From the NCBI RefSeq assembly GCF_006345805.1, contig NC_043016.1, positions 29,512,001 through 29,576,000 of the forward strand: DNA of 64,000 nt, in the 5' to 3' direction. The notes under the pieces are model-generated. The model ran no database searches, was not told the DNA's origin, and was given only the letters and a program-made list of their open reading frames with translations. Below are positions 24,101-36,436 of this stretch, piece after piece. Position 1 is the first letter of the stretch, and each line of letters starts with the position of its first letter. The translations under genes were made by a program, and so were the position numbers. The stretch is from Octopus sinensis (lineage: Eukaryota).

Positions 24101-27100
24101 CCGAGTGTGATCACTGTCAGGGCACCTGACCGGCTTCTGTACTGGTGGCACATAAAAAGAACCATTCAAACGTGATCATTACCAGCGTCGCCTTACTGGC
24201 ATGTGGTGGAAAACATTTGAGCGAAGTTGTTGCCAGTGCTGCTGGACTGGCTCCTGTGCAGGTGGCACGTAAAAAACACTAATTGAGCATGGCCGTTGCC
24301 AGTACCGCCAGACTGGCCCTTGTGCCGGTGGCACGTAAAAGCACCCACTACACTCACGGAGTGGTTGGCATTAGGAAGGGCATCCAGCTGTAGAAACTCT
24401 GCCAGATCAGATTGGGGCCTGGTGCAGCCATCTGGTTCGCCAGTCCTCAGACAAATCATGCAACCCATGCTAGCATGGAAAGTGGACGTTAAACGATGAT
24501 GATGATGTTGCTACTTATCTTAATATATTGGTGATTATCTTAATTTGTTGCTAATTAATTTAACATGTTTCTAATTGTCTTTACACATCTCATTGTTCCA
24601 GACGTAGAACTCGGAGTAAATACAGAGCATTAAAACCAGAACTTGCAAGAGTACTCAAAATAATTAAGGTGAGACTTATTATTTCATTTTTTTACATGAA
24701 AATGTTTTCTTAATGACTGTATCAAACATAAAACACACACACACACACACACTCTTTCTCTCTCTCACTCTCTCTCTCTCTCTCTTACTCACACACACAC
24801 ACAACCACACACACACACACACCACCACACACACAACACACACACACACACACACACACACAACCACACACACACACACACACACATATGTGCATCTCAG
24901 TTTTCAGAAAGGGTACACAGTTTCACTTTGTGCTGCAAGAGGTGACTCAAAAAGTTGGCATCAGGTTGGCCATGAAACACTGCCCCAAAAAAGCCCTCTC
25001 CATCCCATGGGGGGAAACAATAATGATGACATAAATGAATCAAGTTCTCCATGTAAGATACAATACTTGCACAAAGCTGCATTGGTGAGGCAGCACGAAA
25101 GATTTCCGCCGAGGTCGACTTTGCCTTTCATCCTTTCGGGGGTCGATAAATTAAGTACCAGTTGCGTACTGAGGTTGATCTAATTGACTGCCCCAACCCC
25201 TTCCCAAAAATTTCGAGCCTTGTACCTAGAGTAGAAAATACTACAAGAATTGTACTAATTTTGTTTATATTCATTCATGGGTGAAGGATACGAGCCTTTC
25301 TCTAATGTAAGGGAGAAAACTCTAATCCGTTCTTCTACCATTCAATGCTGTCCTGTATCGGCATCAGCACAAGCCCAGCAATTTGGGGAGGGAATAAATC
25401 TATTAAATTAACCCTAGTATTCAACTGGTACTTATTTAATCGACCCTGTAGGGATAAAAGGCAAAGTCAACCTCAGCAGGATTTGAACTCAGAACATAAT
25501 GACAGACAAAAGGCTGCTAAGCATTTTGCCCAGTGTAGTAACAATTCTGTTAATTCGACACCTTATAACAGGGCTTGGTGAACCGGGGTAAATTACCCCA
25601 AGTGGAATAAAAATGAGATTCTTGGGAGTAATGAGGACTCGTTAGACATAAGAAAAATTATATAAAAATAAAACATGTTCCTTACTACGACAGAAATTTT
25701 TCTTCTCGCAACATTGCATCTGTCCAATGTATTGGACATGTAAATAGATTCAATAGACCTTTTGAATTCAAAGAATCAATGATTTTCTTCCTTTCATACC
25801 AAGGAGGTAACATCGGCGTAAATAAATATAGTTTGGGGTAATTGGTTAAAAAAGTTCCCCAACCCCTGCCTTATAATACCCTAAAATTTGAAACCATGCT
25901 GCTCTGCTCAGATGGGCAGGCCACATCTCACACATAGACAAATCCAGAATGCTGAAGGCCATATTCTATTGTGAGTTAATTAATGAGAACTAAAACATTT
26001 ATTCTTTTATTCTTTTATATGTTCCAGTCATTTGACTGTGGACATGCTGGAGCACCACCTTTAGTCGAGCAAATTGGCCCCAGGATTTATTCTTTGTAAG
26101 CCTAGTACTTAATCTATCGGTCTCTCTTGCTGAACCGCTAAGTGACGGGGACGCAAACACACCAGCATCGGTTGGAGGGTACAAACACAGACACACATAC
26201 ACACACACACACATACGACGGGCTTCTTTCAGTTTCTGTCAACCAAATCCACTCACAATGCTTTGGTTGTCCCAAGGCTATAGTAGAAGACACTTGCCCA
26301 AGGTGCCACGCAGTGGGACTGAACCTGGAACCATGTGGCTGGTAAACAAGCTACTTACCACACAGCCACTCCTGCGCCTATATTTATGTATTGTTTTTGC
26401 AAAACGTGTCAAATAATAATATTCACTGAGTCATTCCATTTTAAGATGCTAGGATGGGACATGAATGCTATTCGTAGCATATGGAACCAACACTTATGTA
26501 ATCCCTGTTGTTGATTTGTCGTATTCATTGTTAGTGGCATTGGGTGATTTGGTCATTGTTATTTTTCTTTTTAGGAGGCCATTATTGAACCCATTGTGGG
26601 AGAACATCCATGTGGAACAGATATTACTTTACCTTGGAGTGAATTACCTCGTGCCATTCATCCACATGAGGGTAAGATAATTGTTGTTGTTGTTGTCGTT
26701 GCTGTTGTTGTTAAGGCAGCAAGCTGGCAGAATTGTTGGCACTGTGAGTTCAAATGCAGCTAGGGTTAACTTTGCCTTTTGGGGTGTTGATAAAATAAAT
26801 TACCAGTTGGACACTGGAGGCCAATGTGATCAACTAGCCCTCTCTGCCGAAAATTGCTGGCCTTGTGCTAAAATAATAATTGTTTTATTCCTACCCACAA
26901 AGGGCAACATAGAGGGGACAATACAATCGGGAAAAATAAAATAATGAATTATGAAGTTTGTACAATGTGGTGTAATGCCCACTCGATCCCCGAAATCGAG
27001 CGGTTACATTTCGTCATTTTTTTATTACGTCAACAATATTTTCCAAATAAAAACATTTTACACATTTTCAACATACATTTCAAAAATTTTACAAAGTTCA

Positions 27101-30100
27101 ACATTTTTTTTTTTTCCAGAATTTAAAGTTCTTTTTATCATTTCCAAATTAAAGTTTTCACAATACCTTTTCTTTTATATATACTCCATTATCTCTACCA
27201 AATTTTGGTAAATTTCCATCGTTCGTGGCCACCTTGTAAGTCGGCATTTCATATGTTTTGCTAAAATAATAATAATAATAATTCTTTGTTGTCATCATTG
27301 TCAAAATTTGGTAGTTAGGGTTTTGTATTGCTAGGAATGCTGAGAGAGGAGAGTGAAAGAGAGAGAGGGAGAAAGTGCATATATGTGTGTGTGTGTGTGT
27401 GTGTTTGGATGAGCAATTGAGATATTGTTTCAAATGTGTGAATAGTACATTTAATGTGTATGTTTGGGATTTGTACAGGGTGATAGTGATGATTATGACT
27501 ATGATGATTGTTGCTACTGCTACTGTTGCTGCTGCTGCTGCTACTACTACTACTACTACCACCACCACCACCACTACTACTACCACCACCACCACCACTA
27601 CTACTACAACAACTACTACCACCACTACTACTACTACTACTACCACCACCACCACCACTACTACTACTACAACTATACTACTACTACTTATTGTATCTGC
27701 TGCTGTTGTTGTTGTTGTTGTTGTTGTAGTATTTGTCTCCTCTTCTATTTCAGGTGGACTTCCTGAGAAAAGAGCTCTCAAAAAATGTCAGCAACTAGAA
27801 AATCTTGTTACAGCAATTAGGAAAATAGCTCAACCTGGCCAAACTATTGTAGATTTCTGCAGTGGTGGGGTAAGTTTGAACTTGTGTCTTTATAGTTCTT
27901 TCAGAAATTATGAAATAAAACATCAAATGTTTAACTCTAATTAAATAATTAATCAGAATAAAAACCAGAGAAGGAATCTCTGTTAGGATCAGAGAGGAAG
28001 CCTCTTTAAAGACAAGAGAGGGAGTTTCTTTAAAAGTCAGTGTGGGAGCTTCATGTAGTCACATAAACTGCTAGACATACCGTAAATCCTCAAGTTTAAT
28101 CTGTATTTTTTCCCCAAAATTTAAAGGTCAAAATCCCTAGTGCGTATTATATACAAGGTTAAAAATGAAAATTAATTTCTAAACAATGTCTGAGTCTCTA
28201 TTTGCTGTTCGGCAATGTTTATTCAGACGCATTTTGTGATGTAGGGCACGAAAATACCTTAAGCTAAGCCTGAAAGCAATGAAGTCATAAAAGAATCATC
28301 CATAACTTGCAGTAAGCAACATTTATTAAACTTTATTACTGTTATTTCTTTATTTTCTGCAAACAAAATGCACAAAAAAGCTACACATTTGCATTATGTT
28401 ATATATACAATAATGATAAAGGACATTACTGTATACATTTTTTACAAACCAAGGACGTTATATAGACCCCCTTGACTCAAGTTCGAGAAGGGGTGCATAT
28501 TATACACAACGTATAAGTTTTTCAGAGGTACAGCCCCCTAAAATTCCCATTCGTATTATACTCAAGGGCGGACTATACTCGAGGATTTACAGTAGTAGCA
28601 TCTCACATATAACGCTCTGCTGTTTTAAAATAGAAAGCATATATTCTATAATGTAGTCTTAGATGTACTGTACCTAAGAGAGAAATTGAACAGGGTAGAA
28701 ATGGCTGGAACATCTTTGATCATAGGTCCACTGGATGAAGACTGACTTGAAGCTAAAAAACAACAACTATAGCCACTAATACTATTATAATACACATAAG
28801 ATAATGTACTCCTAGATATAGGCACAGAAGTGGCTGTGTGGTAAATAGCTTGCTTACCAACCACATGGTTCTGGGTTCAGTCCCACTGTGTGGCACTTTG
28901 GGCAAGTGTCTTCTACTATAACCTCGGGCCAACCAAAGCCTTGTGAGTGGATTTGGTAGACAGAAACTGAAAGGTGGTGAGCTGGCAGAAACTTTAGCCC
29001 GCCAGGCGAAATGCTTAGCGGTATTTCGTCTGTCTTTACGTTCTGAGTTCAAATTCCGCCGAGGTCAATTTTGCCTTTCATCCTTTCAGGGTTGATAAAT
29101 TAAATACCAGTTACACACTGGGATCGATGTAATCGACTTAATCCTTTTGTCTGTCCTTGTTTGTCCCCTCTATGTTTAGCCCCTTGTGGGCAATAAAAAA
29201 ATAAGAAACTGAAAGAAGCCCGTTGTATATATGTATATATAATGTGTTTGTGTGTGTTTGTGTTTTTGTCCCCCCCCCACACACACACCATCGCTTGACA
29301 ACCAATGTTAGTGTGTTTGCATCCCTGTAACTTAGTGGTTCAGCAAAAGAGACCAATAGGATAAGTACTTGGCTTACAAAGAATAAGTCTTGGGGTCGAT
29401 TTGTTCAACTAAAGGCAGTGCTCCAGCTTACAATTCAGCCATTCAATTCTTTAGCCAGACAGTTATTTTGTCTTCATATTTGTTTAAATCTTTAGCATTC
29501 AGATTGCTCTGTCAAATATGACACATATTTATTCATATTGTTTTCAATTAATCAGGCAATATCTCCTAGTTTCCAGATTTCAACAATGTGATTGTATATT
29601 TTTAGAATGGCATTATAGGCTACATGTGTGAGGCCAGATCTGGTCAGTTTTAACATAAAAAAGGTAGAATATTTGGACTGAATACATAAGTCAGGCTTCT
29701 TTCAGTTTCCATCTTCAAATCCGCTCACAGGGTTTTGGTCAGCCTGGAGCAATATTAGAAATCACTTGCTCAAAGTGCCAACCTGGAACCATGGAAGATT
29801 GGGAAGCAAACTTCTTACCACTTAGCCACACCTGCACACTAGTGTTCATTATAATGATTTTTGTTTTGTTTTCCCTCCCTCTCGTTCAATTTCCAGTTAG
29901 ATGTGCTTTGCTTATATCAGTAAAATATATGTGAAAACTATGTCTCAAGTAACTTAAGTCTTTTCCCTTCAAATATTGTCGTCATTGTTGAATCTAAATT
30001 TACATTTTCTTTCCAGGGACATCTAGGAATTATAGTTGCTAGCCTTATTCCATATTGCAAGGTTTGTAATCCTAAATTTTTAATTTAAACTTATTTTGTG

Positions 30101-30661
30101 ATGCATTTCTTCAAAAAGAACATTAATTATTGCTCATATCCTGTTTTTTCTATTGTTACTGTACCACACTGTATTAAAGCTTTAGCCTGCAAATTTGGCT
30201 GAAATATATTCTTACTGAACCAAATGGTTTTACTTCAAAGAAATCTTGATTTATGACTCTGCCACTTAAATTGTCTTTTTATCCTATCTATAAAAGTTTC
30301 TATTAGACTTGATAGCCTAGTCTATAAATTAGAACTACCCCCCGCCTCCTTTAGTAAATCTGAATAACAAAATAAAATCAATGATAAGCAGTGTCTTCCT
30401 GTGAAAAAAATATCAGTTACAACTATGATGTTGTTAATGAAACATGTTCTTTGTCTATCTACTTATCCTCTTTGTGATTTTGGATAATAAGAAAACTATA
30501 CAAATGAATCCTTCGAATTTAACTAAATTCTATATTTTTATGCAGCTGAAGATTGCTCTACATTCTAAAATTGATGTAATATTTGCATTGCTCAATTAAA
30601 TGGAGTCACATGAAACAATCGTACAGCAGTACCTCTGGATATCTTTGTTGCTTATTTTGAT

Positions 30662-30694
<33 letters not shown>

Positions 30695-31460
30695 TTAGGG
30701 TATCTAAGAGATACCGCCACATTGGAAATAGCAGCAATGTATGAACATTTAATGTGGTTTTAGAGTCAGGTTTTGGCTGCTATTTCCAGTGTGGCGGTAT
30801 CTCTTAGATACCCTAAATTATAATTTTAATAATAATTATTACCTTTGAAGGTTTTTATTCCCATGCTGGCCACTTGAGAAGATCAATATTTAAATTAACG
30901 ATTTTATCCTTAGTTATATAAATTTTTCTATATATCATCATCATCATCATCGTTTAACGTTCATTTTCCATATATAGTGTAGTGTTTATTTAGTTGTTGT
31001 TGTTCTTATTGTTGTTGTTGCTATTATTAAGGTGTTTTTAATTGAAAACAAAGAAGAATCATTACTGATAGCCAAAAGTCGAGTGGACAAGCTACAGTTG
31101 AACAATGTTACACTGTATCAGGTATGTTAACATGTTTTATATTGTTTGTAGTAGTAGTAGTGGTGGTGGTGGTGGAGTGGTGGTAGTAGTCTTAGCATCA
31201 TCATCATCATCATTTGCCTTTTATTCTTATGGGATCATTAAAATAAGTACCAGTTGAACACTGGGGTCAATGTAATCAACTTTGTACTTATAGTAGTAAG
31301 TGTTGTGTTGTTGATGCTGTTGTTTGTGTTCGCCGCCTGCTCACATCTTTGCCTCTATACATTCAGTAAAGCTTACATAACGTTGTACAGTTATCAACTG
31401 CTATTTCCAGCAAACATTGGTTTCTTGTTGTGCCACTATTTCCTATTTATGTGTATGTTC

Positions 31461-31538
<78 letters not shown>

Positions 31539-32195
31539 TCGTTTGTTCATTTCGTTGAACGTCCGTTTTCCATGAAACGAACAAATCAAAATAGATGAAC
31601 ATCAATGGAATTTGTATCTTTGTGGTACCAGTGCGGTGGCACACAAGGAAAACCATCCGAACGTGGCCGTAGCCAGTACCGCATCGACTGGCCTCCGTGC
31701 TGTGGGCACGTAACAAACACCATCCGATCGTGGCCGTTCGCCAGCCTCATCTGGCACCTGTGTCGGTGGCACATAAAAACACCATCCGAGCGTGGCCGTC
31801 TGCCAGCCTCGTCTGCCAGCCTCGTCTGGCACCTGTGTCGGTGGCACATAAAAAAAAACACCATCCGAGCATGGGCGTCTGCCAGCCTCGTCTGGCACCT
31901 GTGTCGGTGGCACATAAAAAACACCATCCGAGCGTGGCCGTCTGCCAGCCTCGTCTGGCACCTGTGTTGGTGGCACATAAAAAACACCATCCGAGCGTGG
32001 CCGTTCGCCAGCCTCGTCTGGCACCTGTGTCGGTGGCACATAAAATCACCCACTACACTCTCGGAGTGGTTGGCGTTAGGAAGGGCATCCAGCTGTAGAA
32101 ACACTGCCAGATCTGACTGGCCTGGTGCAGCCTTCGGGCTCCCCAGACCCCAGTTGAACCGTCCAACCCATGCTAGCATGGAAAGCGGACGTTAA

Positions 32196-32233
<38 letters not shown>

Positions 32234-32460
32234 ACAAAAGCGGGTGCTGAAAAGTTCCTAGCTTTGGGTAAAAGAAAATACAGGAGGATCAGTTTATTAT
32301 GATTTTATTCAACGCATTCCCCTCTCAGATTCACACACTTATTACTGTGGTTCTTCTGTTTTTCTAAGCCATGTAAAAGAACTTGAAAGGCTGGGCCTCC
32401 AGCCTGGCTTTTTGTAATGCCCTTAAAGCCAGGAGCTTTCCAGCACCCCATCATGTATAA

Positions 32461-32500
<40 letters not shown>

Positions 32501-33582
32501 TATAAAAGGCAGCGAGCTGGCAGAAACGTTAGCATGCTGGGCGAAATGCTTAGCGGTATTTTGTCTGCCACTACGTTCTGAGTTCAAATTCCGCCAAGGT
32601 CGACTTGCCTTTCATCCTTTCGGGGTCGATAAATCAAGTACCAGTTTTGCACTGGGGTCGTATGTAATCGACTTAATCCTTTTGTCTGTCCTTGTTTGTC
32701 CCCACTATGTTTAGCCCCTTGTAGGCAGTAAAGAAATATATATATATATATATAGCAATAAGAAAATGGAAAGGATCAATAGGTGGTTCATCAACTTTTA
32801 GACATTATATTATGTCAACTTATTTATTTATTTACTAAAATGACAATTACAAGAATATACATACATGTATAACATATTATGCTATACATATAAGATATAA
32901 AATATATTAATATATAAGGATACTAGTAATTATTACAATATAACATACATGAATATAAATTGGGAAAATAACTTACAGCTGTTTCAGCCAAGAGGTAAAA
33001 ATACCTCATTCTACCTTTATTACTCAAGTGGAGTGAAGTAATAGGCAGGTGAAACTGAAGTACTTGGGTATATCTCTAGGCTTCGTCAGAGATTATAAAG
33101 TACATAATGTTAAGTTATAAATAAATATAGATATAAAATAAATGAAAATACACACACATTTAAATACTTATGTATATAGGTATACATATACATACATATA
33201 TAAATATACATAAATACTTATATATATACTGAAATGTACATACATATTTGAATTTATAAGCATACACAATAATCAGTTATAAACAGACACACACACACAC
33301 AAACACAGATAAATTCATATATATATATATATATATATAACTAATTAAAATAATTTATTCATTTCAGTGCAATCTTGGTTATTTCCATGGCAAATTTGAT
33401 GTTGGAACTTGTCTCCATGCTTGTGGTGTTGCAACTGACATGGTGCTACAGAAGTGCTTGGACAGTAAGGCAGCTTTTGTAGTTTGTCCTTGTTGTTATG
33501 GTGCCGTACAGAACACTCACCTGATTTCATATCCAAGAAGCCAACTTTTCCAAAAGGCAAACATTTCTGATAAGGTAAATAA

Positions 33583-33665
<83 letters not shown>

Positions 33666-34052
33666 AACAAAGCATTAACCCTTTCGTTACCATATTTATT
33701 TTGAGATGCTCTGTGTTTCTTTGAATTACTTTGAATATAACAAAGAATTTAGTAAAATAACTTAGTCATCATTCAGCTAGTGTTAGGAACATAAATTGTG
33801 ACTAAGGTTTGGTGGAAGATTTTAATTCAAAACTTATAAAAACAAGACATTTGTACTCAGAGCCAGAGCCGGTTTCAGCCGGGTTGGTAACAAAAGGGTT
33901 AAGTAATATACAAAAAAATTGGTTGTTGTGGCGCTTCAGAATGGTCAGAAAAAGATTAAAAAAGAAAATGAAGGCTTGGTTATGTAAATTTAACTTTAAA
34001 CGGAAAAAAAAAAAGATATTATAAATGAGATAAAATATAATATTTGTATGTG

Positions 34053-34098
<46 letters not shown>

Positions 34099-36403
34099 TA
34101 TATTGTTGTTGTCTTTTAGGACTTGTTAACTCTTGGACATGCAGCTGACCAAACTGAAGTTAAAACAACTTTAGAACAGCAAGGTAATGCCCTTTTTTTT
34201 TGTTCTTTCTTTTTTCTCTCTTTTTTGTTCTTTTTTTTTTGTGTGTGTAACACTAACTCAACTTTAACCAAACACATGTCCTGAAAAATTTTCTCGACAA
34301 GAACAAATTGGAGTTTTTGATCTCGAATATATGATAAATGGAAATAAATTATACTATTTTTATCTCATTTAAAAAATTTTTAGCTATAAAGTACAGTTAG
34401 AAACCATTTTTATAATTATTTGTTATTGTGGTGGTAAAGTGGCCGAATTAATTGAATCATCAACATCATCATCATCATCATCATCATTATCATCATTTTA
34501 ATGTCCATTTTCCTATGCATGAGTTGGACAAAGTTTATTAACACAGACTGTCTACAGTCAGATGCTCCTCCTCTCACTAACCCTCCCCTGTTCGAAGCAA
34601 GGTAATATTTCCTAATGGACAGATATGTTTTCACGGAATATTAGAAATGAATGAAAATACTTGTATAAAAATGACGTTCATGCACAAAAATCATGTGATG
34701 TCAAGACAAGGAGACACAAACATATGCACCTTCACATACAATATATAAACAACAGCTGCACATTTACCAACACCATTGTCACCTCCAATAATCTTTTCTA
34801 CTCTAGGCACAAGGCCCGAAAGTTTTTGGGAGGGGGGAGGGGCCAGTATATTAAGTGACCCCAGTACGCAACTGGTACTTAATTTATCGATCCCAAAAGG
34901 ATGAAAGGCAAGTCGACCTTGGCGGAATTTGAACTCAGAATGTAAAGATAGACGACATACTGCTAAGCATTTCACCTGGCGTGCTAACATTTCTGCCAGC
35001 TCACCACCTCCAATAATTCCAACACCAGCGATGCCAGCACCAACAGCGCCAGTCCCAGCAACAGTGGCGGCTGGCAGCAGTGACGCCAACACCACTAGAC
35101 ACACCACCGCCAACACCCAACCATGGAGATACATTGGCTGTTTTGGAAATTCGTTCAAACAATACCTCTCCAACCACAGATCCATCTTCAAGTTACTGGA
35201 AAAGAGATTCGTCACATCATTAGCCATCCATGTATGGCAGCTAATAGATGATGAGATTCCATACATGCTTAGCGGTATTTCGTCTGCCATTACGTTCTGA
35301 GTTCAAATTCCACCGAGGTCGACTTTGCCTTTCATCCTTTTGGGGGTCGATAAATTAAGTACCGGTTAAGTATTGGGGTCGATGTAATCGACTTAATCCC
35401 TTTGTCTGTCCTTGTTTGTCCCCTCTGTGCTTAGCCCCTTGTGGGCAGTAAAGAAATAAGAAGCTCATTTCTTGTTGGTTAGGGTGAAGTTACTGGTCAA
35501 CCATGCCTAGTATGCCTATGTGATTGAGAAAAGGAGTACTAGTAATATGCTGGAATTGACATTTATCTCGTTAAATCTGAAGTCTTGTTACTCTTGTAGC
35601 ATTGTGATGATTTAGTCTTGTTGTTTAATTGCTGACTGATTTTCGTCTCTCTTTCTTATGGTTACCCATTTTGTGTCCAGGTTCTGCATTAACAGTTTCA
35701 CCATGTCCTTCCATACTAGGAATTCTCTCCCTTCCCATGTTTCTCTTGTGATAATTGATTATCTGTTGTTAAAGACAAACAACATTGACCTAAAAGGATC
35801 TGCAAAAGTTATAAGTGCAGTATTTGCCTCCAGACCAAACTATTAGATAGAGAAAAAAAATGTTGCAACATTTTGGGCATGTATCTTTTACTAAAACTCT
35901 ATGCTGACTTAATGCCTCAGTAAATTTGGTAAACAAAAACTGTGAGGAAGTCGTCGTGTGTGTGTGTGTGTGTGTTTAAATGCATATGTGTTTATGTTGT
36001 GTGTGTTCCTTATCCAGCTTGACAACTGGCGTTGGTTTGTCTATGATCCTGTAAATTTATGGTTCAACAAAAGAGACCTATAGAATAAGTACCAAAATTA
36101 AAAAGATTTAGTAGATGGAAGCCTGCCATCGATGCATACATGCATATTATCATCATCGTTGTCGTCATCACTGGTGAACCAGATGGATGCACCAGGCTCC
36201 AATCTTGATCTGGCAGAGTTTCTACAGCTGGATGCCCTTCCTAACACCTACCTCTCTGAGAGTGTAGTGGGTGCTTTTATGTGCCACTGGCACGAGGGCC
36301 AGTCAGGCGGTACTGGCAACGACCTCACTCAAATGGTGCTTTTTATGTGCCACCTGCACAGGAGCCAGTCCAGTGGCACTGGCAACAACCTCGCTTGAAT
36401 GTT

Positions 36404-36436
<33 letters not shown>

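Noticed and set aside
31586-32195. Overlapping Cys/His-rich ORFs (CHRHRCQ repeats), also at 12666, 48390 and 62023-63948
   Set aside because: Stop-poor tandem units of the RTE 3' UTR are open in several frames on both strands.
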